Shown: positions 1 to 9,922 of the stretch, piece by piece
Layout of the letters: every line of letters begins with the position of its first letter
Position numbering within the stretch: the first letter of the stretch is position 1
Sequence record: MK373784.1
Length of the DNA: 64,000 bases
Reading direction: 5' to 3' (one strand)
Source: Escherichia phage vB_EcoM_MM02
Notes under the pieces: model-generated
The model's input: only the letters and a program-made list of their open reading frames with translations
Told to the model about the DNA's origin: nothing
Databases searched by the model: none
Translations under genes and position numbers: made by a program

Positions 1-1170
1 AGGTTGAACCGGGTGAGAACGACCTTGTGGAATCACCTTGTTCTGCTCTTTAAGGCTATTAAAAATAATAGCATCCCATGTTTTAATTGGGCTAAACACA
101 GATTGAATCTGTATCTTAGCATAATAACCCATGTCCAAACTCAAGTTGATGAACTGACGCTTAGCATCAATTTGCAATACACGATACACATCGATAATGT
201 TATAAGAAATATATCGTTGGTGATTGCTTTCACGAAGTTTAGAAATAGGGCCGTCATATTTCAGTTTACCAACGTTCAATTCAAATTCTGAAATGTAATC
301 CAGAGAATACGACGGTTGATTGGTAAAAGAGAATTTTTTGTAAAGGTCAATGTAATCAAGAACAGAGATACCGAACAATGTAATGATTTCACGAGAACCA
401 TACATGTTTTCGATAACTTTAACACGAGTTTTACGATGCGGCGATAAACGTTTCGCAGTAGATTCGCCAAAAATATTCTTGATTCGGTTATACACATATG
501 GAATATCAAATGACTCAACGTTCCATCCAGTCAAAATGACAGGAGTTTTCTGTTGCCAGAAGTTGAGATATTCCATCAACAATTCTTTTTCGTTATCGAA
601 CGGCATATAAATGATTTTATCGATAATTTCAGATGGAACTTCATCACCGCCTTGTTCTTGAAGCTTAGCAGCGATTTCAATAGACCATTCTTCTACATTA
701 CCATATGGAGAATTCAATAGATCAAATACGTAGAACCTGTCGTCAATTGAGTCATAATGGGTGATAGCATCAATCGGATGTTTTGCTTGTGACGGCTCAG
801 GGAACCCGTCCGGAGATGTTACTTCGATGTCGAAGTTAGCCACACGAATTTTTGTATGGTCGTATTTGATTTCATAGTTATAAGTGTCAGACAAATACGC
901 CAATTTGAAATCGTCCATGCCAAGTGCTTCAAGTCCGATATCTTCCATGCGTTTAATCCATTGGGAGGCATCACGCATATTAGCGAACAACTTACGAGTA
1001 CACGGCTTACCGTAGATATCGAAATATTTCGTAGCCTGACTTTCCGGACAATGAGCAAACAGTGATGGTTTATATTCTACTTCACGAGTACGTTCACGGC
1101 CATTAGAATCGATGTAACGTTCAAAAATTGAATCACCAATCTGTTCAACCGTTAAGTAAAATTCTTTCAT
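1..1170 (-). CDS. 43: DNA polymerase gp43, N-terminal ~390 aa (gene continues beyond window start)
   Basis: Minus-strand frame from ATG at 1170-1168 is open to the window edge and reads MKEFY...RTREVEY...GMDDFKLAYLSDTY..., which I recognise as the T4 gp43 N-terminus. Confidence 0.9.
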   Translation of the reverse strand, partial: MKEFYLTVEQIGDSIFERYIDSNGRERTREVEYKPSLFAHCPESQATKYFDIYGKPCTRKLFANMRDASQWIKRMEDIGLEALGMDDFKLAYLSDTYNYEIKYDHTKIRVANFDIEVTSPDGFPEPSQAKHPIDAITHYDSIDDRFYVFDLLNSPYGNVEEWSIEIAAKLQEQGGDEVPSEIIDKIIYMPFDNEKELLMEYLNFWQQKTPVILTGWNVESFDIPYVYNRIKNIFGESTAKRLSPHRKTRVKVIENMYGSREIITLFGISVLDYIDLYKKFSFTNQPSYSLDYISEFELNVGKLKYDGPISKLRESNHQRYISYNIIDVYRVLQIDAKRQFINLSLDMGYYAKIQIQSVFSPIKTWDAIIFNSLKEQNKVIPQGRSHPVQP

Positions 1171-1228
1171 TTAATTTCCTTTAGACGAGTTATTGTCTTT
1201 TGTTTGTTGATGAACTTATTATACTCCA

Positions 1229-1248
1229 AATGGGACCGAAGTCCCATT
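1229..1248 (-). promoter_or_regulatory. Perfect hairpin (8-bp stem, 4-nt loop) in regA-43 intercistronic region, next to a TATAAT box
   Basis: aatgggac-cgaa-gtcccatt inverted repeat ~55 nt upstream of the gene 43 ATG. Confidence 0.4.
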
Positions 1249-1251
1249 GCT

Positions 1252-1629
1252 TTAATTACCAATTGTATATTTTGCTTTCAAAGTCCAGTCATCTTTCTGT
1301 TTAAAGGAGATAACACGGAAGTTATTAGTCAGGCCAAACAGATCTTCACGAGCAGAGTCTTCAATAACAATCAATCCCCAGTCTTCAAGCAACTGAGCAA
1401 TCGAATCACGTCGCTGATAGTCTTCACCATCAATATCAACCTGACGTCCGTCCATACGCAGCATTTCTTTAAAGTGGACGATGTAATATTTACCTTGCTT
1501 TTGGAGGATATGACAGGACTGATAAAGAACTTTATCCTTGTTATTAGCGATGCCCATACGGGTCAAAGTCTCTTTGACTTTCAGAAAATCTTCGGGGTTC
1601 TTCAATTTAATTTCAATCATTTTTACCAT
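1252..1629 (-). CDS. regA: Translational repressor RegA
   Basis: 125-aa ORF directly upstream of 43, as in T4; sequence recognised as RegA. Confidence 0.85.
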   Translation of the reverse strand: MVKMIEIKLKNPEDFLKVKETLTRMGIANNKDKVLYQSCHILQKQGKYYIVHFKEMLRMDGRQVDIDGEDYQRRDSIAQLLEDWGLIVIEDSAREDLFGLTNNFRVISFKQKDDWTLKAKYTIGN

Positions 1630-2186
1630 TCCAATGCTAATTTTTTAAATTGTTTTTGTTCTTTCACATTTTTTGTAACTTCTTTGAGAAACTCATCAGT
1701 GACCATGGCCTTCAGTTCTTTAAGGACTATTGGCAACTTGTTATTTTTTTCAAGGAGCCGCTTATACTCGGTAGCATCATTCATGTTGATTGTGTAACGT
1801 TTCATCAACAGTTTGATAACTAGTAACTCTGAAGTGTCTTCGACTAGTTTAGCCCATTTAGAGAATCGACGACCACGTGGAATTGCCGCCATCATATAGT
1901 TGAAGTGCGCTTCATCACTTAATTCAGAACCGACTAAGTTCATCATGTAAACAGCTGGCATACATTCTGGGAACTGGGATAATGAGTTCTCAACCATAAA
2001 TTTTGAGTAGTCGACCTGAGCAATTGACATAGATTTCTTTTCATTAATAGCATTAATGATTTTAAAGAATTCATTCTCAGGTTTTTCTTTAAACATGTCA
2101 GCACATTTTTGAATCGCATCAGCGTCGTTAGACTTCCATGCAATTTGGTGATCGTTAAGTTGGACGTCATCATCAAATAAGTTCAT
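1623..2186 (-). CDS. 62: Clamp-loader small subunit gp62
   Basis: 187 aa, between regA and 44, overlapping regA start as in T4. Confidence 0.8.
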   Translation of the reverse strand: MNLFDDDVQLNDHQIAWKSNDADAIQKCADMFKEKPENEFFKIINAINEKKSMSIAQVDYSKFMVENSLSQFPECMPAVYMMNLVGSELSDEAHFNYMMAAIPRGRRFSKWAKLVEDTSELLVIKLLMKRYTINMNDATEYKRLLEKNNKLPIVLKELKAMVTDEFLKEVTKNVKEQKQFKKLALEW

Positions 2187-2187
2187 A

Positions 2188-3150
2188 TTATTTCCAAGTC
2201 AGTTCGCAGGTCAGTTGAAGAAGCATATACATAACATGTAATTCAATATTACTTGCTAATCCATGAAACTTATTATTTTCGCCTGCAATTTCATAAAGCG
2301 AAATAATACTTTTACCTGGTGCAACTTTGTCATAACACTCAGAAACTAATTTATCGATGAACCATGAATAATCTGCGGCATATTTTGGAGCTAACGCACG
2401 AAGCTGTTTGATATCTTTATTTTTCATTGCTTCTATGACATCATCTACCGTGCCACGATCATTGGTTACAATCGACAAAATACCTGCATCAAGAACACCT
2501 TTAGACGAGTACTGGTCTAATTGACCAATTGTACGTCGAAAGTCCGGGAAGTTCTTTTTAACCAGAGCTGCAACAACTTTCATATCAGCGATTTCGATAT
2601 TTTCGTTCTTACAGATTTCAACCATGCGATGAATCATTTTCTTCATCATTGAGATTTTATCTTCTTCGGTTGGACGTCCGAATTCGATAACTCGACAACG
2701 ACTACGTAACGGTTCGATAATTCCATCGATGTTGTTGGCAGTAATAATAATAGAACAGTTACTAGAGAATTCTTCCATGAATGTACGAAGGTGACGTTGT
2801 GATTCAGCGAGGCCACTACGGTCAAATTCATCAATAACAATAACTTTAGGCTTGCCTTCCATTGAGACTGAACGAGCGAATGCAGTTAATGGACCACGCA
2901 CAAAATCAATCTTACAATCAGAACCGTTGACGAACATCATTTCGGCATTGATATCATTACATAATGCTTTTGCTACGGTTGTTTTACCGGTACCAGGAGA
3001 TGGAGAGTGTAAAATAATATGAGGAAGTTTTCCTTTAGATACTAAAGACTTGAATGTTTCATGGTCATACGCAGGCAGAATACATTCGTCAATGGAAGAA
3101 GGACGATATTTCTGTTCTAGAATGTGTTCTTTGGAATTGATAGTAATCAT
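2188..3150 (-). CDS. 44: Clamp-loader large subunit gp44 (AAA+ ATPase)
   Basis: 320 aa; Walker [11 protein letters not shown]; N-terminus [17 protein letters not shown] matches T4 gp44. Confidence 0.9.
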   Translation of the reverse strand: MITINSKEHILEQKYRPSSIDECILPAYDHETFKSLVSKGKLPHIILHSPSPGTGKTTVAKALCNDINAEMMFVNGSDCKIDFVRGPLTAFARSVSMEGKPKVIVIDEFDRSGLAESQRHLRTFMEEFSSNCSIIITANNIDGIIEPLRSRCRVIEFGRPTEEDKISMMKKMIHRMVEICKNENIEIADMKVVAALVKKNFPDFRRTIGQLDQYSSKGVLDAGILSIVTNDRGTVDDVIEAMKNKDIKQLRALAPKYAADYSWFIDKLVSECYDKVAPGKSIISLYEIAGENNKFHGLASNIELHVMYMLLQLTCELTWK

Positions 3151-3176
3151 GTAATTTTCCTCATTATCATTAAACT

Positions 3177-3192
3177 GGAGGATTTCTCCTCC
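3177..3192 (-). promoter_or_regulatory. Intercistronic hairpin between 45 and 44 (ggagga-tttc-tcctcc)
   Basis: Perfect 6-bp inverted repeat ~25 nt upstream of the gene 44 ATG. Confidence 0.35.
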
Positions 3193-3225
3193 ATAATCGT
3201 ATCACAATAAACGTAAAGCTTTGAC

Positions 3226-3912
3226 TTAGAAGTCGTGAGTAGAATCGGCTTCCATCGCAATAACATAACTTACTTGAGAGCTTTCAAACTTGGCTGCAAC
3301 TTTATCACCAGCTCCCCACAACATTACTTTATAGTTACCTGGCTGGATTTTCATATTAGCCATATTGATTACGAAGTTAAAGTTATTAGAACCATCATAA
3401 TCAGTAAGAGTCAAAGAATACTTAGGACGAGTTAGTCCGGAATCTTCAACTTTATTATAGCCATTGATAACAATTTTACCATCTTTATTTGTAATAGCAA
3501 TTGTATCAATCTGAAGTCCACGTGAAACTCGAAGCAATTGTTGAAGGTCTTCAGCTTTAATTTCAGTAATCACAGAAGCCACTGGGAATTGAATTGGCTT
3601 ATTAGGAAAAACAATGGTGCTCTTGTCAGCGGCAGGCCAATAAACTGTGGAACGTGTATCTGCAATTTTAATATTGCCATCAGTATGCATTGAAATTTCG
3701 GCATCATCAGACACTAGACTCAAAATGCTTAAGAAGCTATTCAAATCATAAAGTGCTACGTCAAAATCAATTTCATCAGAGATATTTGCTTCCGCATAAG
3801 TGGTGCCATTAACTGCACGAGTCATAATAAATTTACCTTGACTCAGCAGAATGCCAGAGTTAATAGAGGCAAAGTTTTTCAGAATAGCGATAGTATCTTT
3901 AGACAGTTTCAT
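3226..3912 (-). CDS. 45: Sliding clamp gp45
   Basis: Starts MKLSKDTIAILKNF (fifth codon of the track ORF) and ends ...ADSTHDF, matching T4 gp45 (228 aa). Confidence 0.9.
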   Translation of the reverse strand: MKLSKDTIAILKNFASINSGILLSQGKFIMTRAVNGTTYAEANISDEIDFDVALYDLNSFLSILSLVSDDAEISMHTDGNIKIADTRSTVYWPAADKSTIVFPNKPIQFPVASVITEIKAEDLQQLLRVSRGLQIDTIAITNKDGKIVINGYNKVEDSGLTRPKYSLTLTDYDGSNNFNFVINMANMKIQPGNYKVMLWGAGDKVAAKFESSQVSYVIAMEADSTHDF

Positions 3913-3954
3913 TTTATTTCCTTTCAAGACAATTCAAAGTTTATAACAAATTTA

Positions 3955-4371
3955 TTATGCAACAACCATCTGCTTTTTAATAGCTTCAGGCAGTGATTCA
4001 ATATATTCTGGAATTTTAGAAGCAACAATTTCGCCAGCTGCAATTAGTTGTTCGTCGGCATCAACACAGTAAAAATCTTCAAGGCGTTCAGAACCGTCTT
4101 TATCAAGAACGATTTTAGCACCTGCTTCGATAGAATCTTTATAGTGCTTACGCATCAGATGAATCCACATATCAGATACATCGTTATCAATAAAACCATA
4201 AATCATAAAACGAGTTTCTTGTGGCAAAGATTGGAGTTTTTTAGCACTTGCGTCATCACAATGCAGGACCCATGCTTTACGAACACGATTATGGTTATGT
4301 GGGTTAGCGTCAGTACGGATAGAAGTAACTTTCAGATCAGCAGCAGTGAAACCTTTAGCAGTAGTAAACAT
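3955..4371 (-). CDS. rpbA: RNA polymerase-binding protein RpbA (by synteny)
   Basis: 138-aa ORF immediately upstream of 45, the T4 rpbA position; no motif check possible. Confidence 0.5.
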   Translation of the reverse strand: MFTTAKGFTAADLKVTSIRTDANPHNHNRVRKAWVLHCDDASAKKLQSLPQETRFMIYGFIDNDVSDMWIHLMRKHYKDSIEAGAKIVLDKDGSERLEDFYCVDADEQLIAAGEIVASKIPEYIESLPEAIKKQMVVA

Positions 4372-4383
4372 ATTATTTCTCTC

Positions 4384-4584
4384 TTATTCGTAGAAGTCGG
4401 TAACTGTCCATGCGGAATTGCGATTAGACATTATTTTATTATACTCATCTTTAAAAGCAGATTTGAGCATTTGTTCAGTAACAATATGTTCTTCACCTGA
4501 AAACGTATTGGTCAAAACATATTTTTTAATTTCAGGGACAACAAGAAGATGTTGACCGGTTGAATACTCCATGTTGTTCTCCAT
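4384..4584 (-). CDS. Hypothetical small protein (T4 45.2 position)
   Basis: 66-aa ORF tightly packed between 46 and rpbA. Confidence 0.4.
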   Translation of the reverse strand: MENNMEYSTGQHLLVVPEIKKYVLTNTFSGEEHIVTEQMLKSAFKDEYNKIMSNRNSAWTVTDFYE

Positions 4585-4591
4585 TTAATTT

Positions 4592-4614
4592 GATGTGGTC
4601 ATTATAACCACATC
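4592..4614 (-). promoter_or_regulatory. Inverted repeat enclosing a TTATAAT box (promoter/stem-loop cassette)
   Basis: gatgtgg ... ccacatc arms flank attataa, just upstream of the 4384..4584 ORF. Confidence 0.4.
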
Positions 4615-4626
4615 GTGTTAAAGCGT

Positions 4627-6315
4627 TTATGAAACAGTCATTACAGTAAATCGTCCAACTTTGCTCATTTGAAGATGTTGTCCATAAGCTTGTGGGTCAT
4701 GGTCTCTGTGACTAATTATAAACACGTTTGCATCGGTTAGAGAGTTAAGAATTGTTGAAATGGCTTTAATACCTTCGGAATCAGTCGCGGAATCCATGAC
4801 TTCGTCCATAATTAATGTATTGATTCTAACACCAGAGACCTTTTCAGCAATATCTCGCCACGTAAACAACAATGCGATATCGATACGCGCTTTTTCGCCT
4901 TGACTAAATGAAGCATAACTGAACTCTTCACGGCCACGTGATTTTATAGATTCATTGAATTCTTCATCAATAGAAAACACGTAATCGGCTTCCATGATTT
5001 TAAGATAATGGTTAATCTGCTTGTTGAACAGAGGCACATATTTTTTAATGATAGCACCTTTAATACCAGAATCTTTTAACATATCTGTGATAATACCACG
5101 ATGGTATTTTTCAAGAACGATATCTGATTTTGTTTTAATGATTTTATCAAGTTCTTTTTGAAGCAAAGCTATCTCATCGGCATGGTCGATAAATTCTGCT
5201 GAGGCTTGCTCTATTGCAGCTTTAACTTTCTTAGCTTTATCAATAGTGGCAATCATTGCTTGTTTCTTGGTACGAATATCAGATGCAAGGTCCTGTTTAG
5301 TCTTAACATTAGCTCTATATTCGTCCACTAGGACACTCAGGTTATCTCTGTGACATGTAAGTTGCTCGAATGAGTGATTACATTCGTGAAGCTTATCGGT
5401 AATCTTAGAGACAATAGGGTCACCCTGGTGCAACTGTGATGCGCAAGTAGGACATGTACCGCCATCGTGATACATCTTAATAACTTTGTTGTATGAGTCG
5501 ATTTTAGATTTAATCAAGAATGCTTCTTGTCCTATCTTGTTGAATGCCTCAGTAGGGTCTTCATCAAGAACGATATTAAGTAGTCGCTCATTAGCTTCTT
5601 CGATTTCTGCTTTTAATGAACGAGCTTCTTTGGCTAGGTCGTCATACATATTCTGTAGACGCGCTACATTATCACCAGATAATTTCTTTTGACGTTCGAT
5701 ATTCTCGTTATAAATCTTAATTTGTTGGATAACACCATCTTTCTTAGCATCGAGAACTTGTCCCTGGGAATTAAGTTCTCGAACTTGAGACTTATTGATT
5801 TTATCCATTTCAGCGAGTGTGCCGACTTCTAAAAGGTCTTCGACAAGTTTTCTACGAGCAGGGGTGCTAAGAGCCATGAAAGGGGTATACCCTGCCGTCC
5901 CAAGCACAACGATCTGTTTAAAAGACGCGTATGACATTCCGATGCTACGTTCAAATTCTTCTTGGAAGTCACGACTGCTGGCAGATTCATCGAGACGAAC
6001 ACCGTCAACGGAGATTTCGAAAATATTGGGCTTTTGGCCGCGTCTAATGAAGTATTTTTTATCATCGAATTCCATCCAAAGCTCAACTAAGAGCTCTTTC
6101 TTGTTCGTGCTATTAATGATTTGTCCTTTCTTAACATCACGAAATGGTTTACCGAAAAGTCCGAAAGTAATGGCTTCTAACATCGTAGATTTACCACCGC
6201 CATTTTTACCAGTGATTAATGTCTTTTGGACTTTATCTAATTGGATATCAATAGGATTCCCACCTACCGACATGATGTTTTGATAACGAACACGATTTAA
6301 TTTAAATGATTTCAT
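4627..6315 (-). CDS. 46: Recombination endonuclease subunit gp46 (Rad50/SbcC-like ATPase)
   Basis: 562 aa; N-terminal Walker A GKNGGGKST, long coiled-coil middle, C-terminal ABC signature region. Confidence 0.9.
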   Translation of the reverse strand: MKSFKLNRVRYQNIMSVGGNPIDIQLDKVQKTLITGKNGGGKSTMLEAITFGLFGKPFRDVKKGQIINSTNKKELLVELWMEFDDKKYFIRRGQKPNIFEISVDGVRLDESASSRDFQEEFERSIGMSYASFKQIVVLGTAGYTPFMALSTPARRKLVEDLLEVGTLAEMDKINKSQVRELNSQGQVLDAKKDGVIQQIKIYNENIERQKKLSGDNVARLQNMYDDLAKEARSLKAEIEEANERLLNIVLDEDPTEAFNKIGQEAFLIKSKIDSYNKVIKMYHDGGTCPTCASQLHQGDPIVSKITDKLHECNHSFEQLTCHRDNLSVLVDEYRANVKTKQDLASDIRTKKQAMIATIDKAKKVKAAIEQASAEFIDHADEIALLQKELDKIIKTKSDIVLEKYHRGIITDMLKDSGIKGAIIKKYVPLFNKQINHYLKIMEADYVFSIDEEFNESIKSRGREEFSYASFSQGEKARIDIALLFTWRDIAEKVSGVRINTLIMDEVMDSATDSEGIKAISTILNSLTDANVFIISHRDHDPQAYGQHLQMSKVGRFTVMTVS

Positions 6316-6566
6316 ATGTATTCTCTTCGAATGAAGTCCTCTACATATTTTAACATGTCATCTCTATCAGCAAAATATTCATCTAGTTCCGCATACATAA
6401 CAACACCTGGTGCATACTCGCAAGTAACATACATTGTTCCAAAGAAACGAGGAGTTGATTCCTCGTAATTCTCAGTCCATTCAACGATGCCAATATAACC
6501 GTCACCAATACTAGATTCATGACGATGGATTTCATAATCAGTCTTCGCCATTATACGCATCCTCAA
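6312..6566 (-). CDS. Hypothetical protein (T4 46.1 position)
   Basis: 84-aa ORF overlapping the gene 46 start by 4 nt. Confidence 0.45.
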   Translation of the reverse strand: MRMRIMAKTDYEIHRHESSIGDGYIGIVEWTENYEESTPRFFGTMYVTCEYAPGVVMYAELDEYFADRDDMLKYVEDFIRREYI

Positions 6567-6795
6567 TACACGCTTCAGCCATTTTAAGAATAGAGCCGGG
6601 AGTATCGTTGTCCATTATATTAAAGCTAAATTCAATAGCCCAGTCGGTGCAGACATGAACTGCTTTAACTTCATTGCCTTCAACGCGTAATGGCTCAATC
6701 CAATACTTGATAGTGTTCTTGAATCCATCATCGTCTTTAACGTCCATTTCAACTTCAAGTCCAAGCCCAGCATTATTAAATTCATCTAAAGTCAT
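6538..6795 (-). CDS. Hypothetical protein (T4 46.2 position)
   Basis: 85-aa ORF between 47 and 46. Confidence 0.45.
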   Translation of the reverse strand: MTLDEFNNAGLGLEVEMDVKDDDGFKNTIKYWIEPLRVEGNEVKAVHVCTDWAIEFSFNIMDNDTPGSILKMAEACIEDAYNGED

Positions 6796-7811
6796 TGTGT
6801 TGCCTCAATATAAAGTTCGTTGGAATATTTGACCAGCGCTTCTCTGTCTTCGTCTGAGATATCTGGAATCGCGTCAATATATTCTTTAATGATATCTTGA
6901 AGTGATTTAATCTCGATTTCCTGGTCGTCATCAGATTCAACACTGTTATCAACTTTAGAAACCATGCGAAGAGAGTGAACTACTTTTTCAAGTTCAGATT
7001 CAAACTTAGTCAACTCTGAATCAATTTCTGATACTATAACACGTACGGCTAGATTAGTATAATCAGAATAATTGATTTTGCCTTTAAACGGATAAGTGAT
7101 TCGTCGATGCCATGTTGTTTCATTAGGAATAAATTCCATACGTTCAACGTCAGTGTCAAATACCCAGAATCCGCGAGGGTCGTTCTCATCACCTGCAGTA
7201 AGGGTCCATGGTGTCCCAATATATTTGACGTTAGCAGCTTCAGAGATTGTGTGGAAGTGGCCAGACCAGACTTGTTTATAGGTCTTTAAGAAATCAGGTT
7301 CAAGCCCATGAGACTTCATTCCTTTATAGAAATAAAAGCCATTCAGTTCCCAGTGCCCAACACAATACGCTGCGGAAGAAGTCTTGATGTGCTCTAAGAT
7401 TTCACCTGTATTTTCTTCACACATCCATGGAACGATATCAATCAGACATCCGTCAAAATCTACAGTAGTTGGATGCTCGTAAATAGTAAAGTTTTCAAAT
7501 TGAGTCAACAATTCAGAAACAGTGTTAGGTGTTATTGTATTCTTAAACGCCATGTCATGGTTTCCTATCGTGACATGAACGTGAATGCCTGCTTTAGAAA
7601 TCATATCAACAATTTCACGATTGAATTCCATTGTACGATGTGTTATTGCTTTACGGACGTCAAACCAATCGCCGTACTGAATCCAAGTTTTAATCCCGTG
7701 TTTCTTAGAGTATTCAATTGCTTGACGAATACCATCACGTTGAATATCTTGAACCCATGGGTCGTCTTGTTTGACTCCGATATGGAAGTCGCCTAAGTGC
7801 AAAATTTTCAT
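6792..7811 (-). CDS. 47: Recombination endonuclease subunit gp47 (Mre11/SbcD-like)
   Basis: 339 aa; calcineurin-like phosphoesterase motifs (LGDFH, GNHD); same length as T4 gp47. Confidence 0.9.
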   Translation of the reverse strand: MKILHLGDFHIGVKQDDPWVQDIQRDGIRQAIEYSKKHGIKTWIQYGDWFDVRKAITHRTMEFNREIVDMISKAGIHVHVTIGNHDMAFKNTITPNTVSELLTQFENFTIYEHPTTVDFDGCLIDIVPWMCEENTGEILEHIKTSSAAYCVGHWELNGFYFYKGMKSHGLEPDFLKTYKQVWSGHFHTISEAANVKYIGTPWTLTAGDENDPRGFWVFDTDVERMEFIPNETTWHRRITYPFKGKINYSDYTNLAVRVIVSEIDSELTKFESELEKVVHSLRMVSKVDNSVESDDDQEIEIKSLQDIIKEYIDAIPDISDEDREALVKYSNELYIEATQ

Positions 7812-7856
7812 ATTATTTCCTCATTAGTTAATTCATTTTATCATCCGTTTATAAAG

Positions 7857-7882
7857 CAAAAAAGGAACTCCGAAGAGTTCCT
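7857..7882 (-). terminator. Rho-independent terminator (aggaactc-cgaa-gagttcct hairpin followed by T-run on minus strand)
   Basis: Perfect 8-bp stem with 4-nt loop followed by TTTTTT on the transcribed strand, overlapping the stop of the upstream small ORF. Confidence 0.6.
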
Positions 7883-8054
7883 ATCCACATAGTACACCGT
7901 ACAGAGGCTCATTTGAACTTTTAAATCGAATGGGCTTGTACGTAATAGTTCCTTCGGCTTTAGCTTTATCATAAGACTCTTTAAAATGTCTCATTCTTTC
8001 TGCTTTGCCTTTACGGATTTTATCGAAATTTTCAGAAGTCGGGATGTTCGTCAT
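7881..8054 (-). CDS. Hypothetical 57-aa protein (below the track's length cutoff)
   Basis: ATG with GAGG upstream; occupies the 47-55 gap where T4 carries a-gt. Confidence 0.3.
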   Translation of the reverse strand: MTNIPTSENFDKIRKGKAERMRHFKESYDKAKAEGTITYKPIRFKSSNEPLYGVLCG

Positions 8055-8093
8055 GCATAAGCACCTCTCAGAAAATGCCTAAATCAATTTCTC

Positions 8094-8315
8094 TCATCGT
8101 TTCCACCATTTCTTAACTTGAAATGAATCGACCCACACGAGTTGTTTTGGGTCTGCCTTTACAATAGGCGGACAAATTTCTGTAATAGAACCGTCGTGAT
8201 ATTCCTTTTCAGAAATTTTAACACAAAGAGGACCTCCCAATTTAAGGGTGAACCCTGCGTTCAGCTTCAGACGTTTAAACTTTGTTTGAACTAGCGCCAT
8301 TAATGATGTCCTCAA
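8094..8315 (-). CDS. Hypothetical small protein
   Basis: 73-aa ORF; true start probably an internal Met because it overlaps the next ORF. Confidence 0.3.
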   Translation of the reverse strand: MRTSLMALVQTKFKRLKLNAGFTLKLGGPLCVKISEKEYHDGSITEICPPIVKADPKQLVWVDSFQVKKWWKR

Positions 8316-8598
8316 TAGCCTGACGAGTAGTAACCCACTGGATTTTAATTAACTTGTCATTGTATGGTTGTCGTAGAATATCCCGAGATTTCTTAATAGC
8401 ATATTCGTAAGCTTCGAAGTTGTTTTGAATTGCTGCTTCTTGAGCATGAGCATAAAGACGGTTTAGTTCAAAACGATTCTTTTTAAGAATCTTTTCGGAT
8501 TTTTTACGTGCTTCAGCTTCATTTTTCTTTTGGATTTCTTGTAGCATTTTAGCTACTGCATCTTCTGCTTCTTTATTTTCAATAATCTCGGTAGTCAT
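8275..8598 (-). CDS. Hypothetical protein
   Basis: 107-aa ORF in the compact minus-strand array. Confidence 0.4.
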   Translation of the reverse strand: MTTEIIENKEAEDAVAKMLQEIQKKNEAEARKKSEKILKKNRFELNRLYAHAQEAAIQNNFEAYEYAIKKSRDILRQPYNDKLIKIQWVTTRQAIEDIINGASSNKV

Positions 8599-8599
8599 A

Positions 8600-8815
8600 T
8601 TATCTCATTAAATTAAAATAAAAACGTCCATCCTCTTCAATACAGAACTCATATTCAACTGGAGTCCCGTTTATCGAAAATGACACGTCATGTGGGTTCA
8701 AAGGGTCGATGTCAAAATTAATTTTAAATTCACGACCCAACAGTTTTACCAAATAAGGGATTGCTTCGTCAAAAGGTTCTTCTAAGTAGTTAGAGATGTC
8801 AATTGTCATCCTCAT
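8600..8815 (-). CDS. Hypothetical small protein
   Basis: Likely starts MRMTIDIS..., a few nt after the gene 55 stop; the track's longer ORF overlaps 55 in another frame. Confidence 0.35.
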   Translation of the reverse strand: MRMTIDISNYLEEPFDEAIPYLVKLLGREFKINFDIDPLNPHDVSFSINGTPVEYEFCIEEDGRFYFNLMR

Positions 8816-9356
8816 ATAAAAAATCCAAACTAGGCGAATCGCTAACAACTTCCTTCTTTTCAGCCCCAGGAGCTTTATAAGCGGATTCTTCATAATGCGT
8901 CATTTTATCGTAGATGTCTTGAATAAATGTTTCATCTACCAACGCTACCATATCATCGTCATGACTGTCGTAGACATTATGAACGAAGTAACTATATTTC
9001 TTTGCAACTTCCTTACGTTCTTTTTTGATACGTTGGACAAAAGCATTAAAACAAGCTCGAGTTATGTATGCATGTGGGTTATTGTACTTAGTTTCGTCGA
9101 AATTATGAAGTCCCTTAATAGAGGCTTCAATCCCATCTGCAATCATCTCCTGCTTCCAAGACTGGGTATATCCTGAAAAGTTGAAACGTTTGGACAGGCC
9201 TTCGGCGATAAGCATAATTGCTAAACCGATGGTATCATTCTGACGAATAATTTTGTTTGGGTCTTTATTATTTAAGAGCTCCTTTTTCCACTCGATTATA
9301 GCGGCGAGAAGCTCTTTATTATTCACATAGTTATTTTTAGGTTTTTGTTCAGTCAT
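8799..9356 (-). CDS. 55: Late-transcription sigma factor gp55
   Basis: Sequence ...[16 protein letters not shown]...[28 protein letters not shown]... recognised as T4 gp55; ATG at 9356 with AGAGG SD gives 185 aa. Confidence 0.9.
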   Translation of the reverse strand: MTEQKPKNNYVNNKELLAAIIEWKKELLNNKDPNKIIRQNDTIGLAIMLIAEGLSKRFNFSGYTQSWKQEMIADGIEASIKGLHNFDETKYNNPHAYITRACFNAFVQRIKKERKEVAKKYSYFVHNVYDSHDDDMVALVDETFIQDIYDKMTHYEESAYKAPGAEKKEVVSDSPSLDFLYEDDN

Positions 9357-9377
9357 AAGTACCTCTTGGCTCAATTC

Positions 9378-9412
9378 ATAGGTCTATTATATCATAATAT
9401 TTAGAGACCTAT
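9378..9412 (-). promoter_or_regulatory. Promoter/stem-loop cassette upstream of 55
   Basis: 8-bp inverted repeat ataggtct/agacctat with a TATAAT in the loop; a TGCTTTA (MotA-box-like) lies just upstream on the minus strand. Confidence 0.4.
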
Positions 9413-9428
9413 CTTAAAGCACGAGATA

Positions 9429-9698
9429 CTATCGGAGCAAACAATAAGCCTGAAACACTTTTTCCATTAAACGTTTGAACTCATGGATATCGATATAAAG
9501 CTCAGTAAGACCGGCATTATAAAGAAAATCTAAAAAGTTCTCATGTGTTTCGTTATAGTCGCCTTCGTTTAATTGAGATACATGAGTTTCCCAAAAACCA
9601 ACACCTTTAACGAACGGAAAATACGTGACTTTCATGTATTCGTCAACATAAAATTCGCCCAGCTTTTCTTCAGTTATACTGATTCGAGTTAATTTCAT
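9429..9698 (-). CDS. Hypothetical protein
   Basis: 89-aa ORF. Confidence 0.4.
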   Translation of the reverse strand: MKLTRISITEEKLGEFYVDEYMKVTYFPFVKGVGFWETHVSQLNEGDYNETHENFLDFLYNAGLTELYIDIHEFKRLMEKVFQAYCLLR

Positions 9699-9922
9699 TC
9701 TAGTTCCTTTGCTGCTTCAAGAGCAGCATCCAGCGAATCAAATTGGTCAACGAAATCAATATTCAACGCATCGTCAACCGTAGCATATAACCACCATTGT
9801 TTGAATTCGTATTCTAGAATAAATCCAGGACCTTCAATCTGAGGAAGACCTAGACTATTTGTACCAACTTCGTAACCAGCTAGACGCAGGTCATTAATCA
9901 AAGTTTCTGTTAATACGCTCAT
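9695..9922 (-). CDS. Hypothetical acidic protein
   Basis: 75-aa ORF with 4-nt start/stop overlaps to neighbours. Confidence 0.4.
   Translation of the reverse strand: MSVLTETLINDLRLAGYEVGTNSLGLPQIEGPGFILEYEFKQWWLYATVDDALNIDFVDQFDSLDAALEAAKELE

Noticed and set aside
1943-2176. Nested ORFs inside genes 62 and 44 (1943..2176, 2646..2840)
   Set aside because: Alternative-frame ORFs wholly inside conserved genes.
4048-4500. Plus-strand ORFs throughout 1-49 kb in the six-frame track (for example 4048..4500, 5795..6283, 16859..17188, 23252..23608, 28489..28782, 40431..40949, 41630..42139)
   Set aside because: They lie antisense to recognisable minus-strand genes (rpbA, 46, the ATPase and others) and lack ribosome-binding sites; treated as shadow ORFs.
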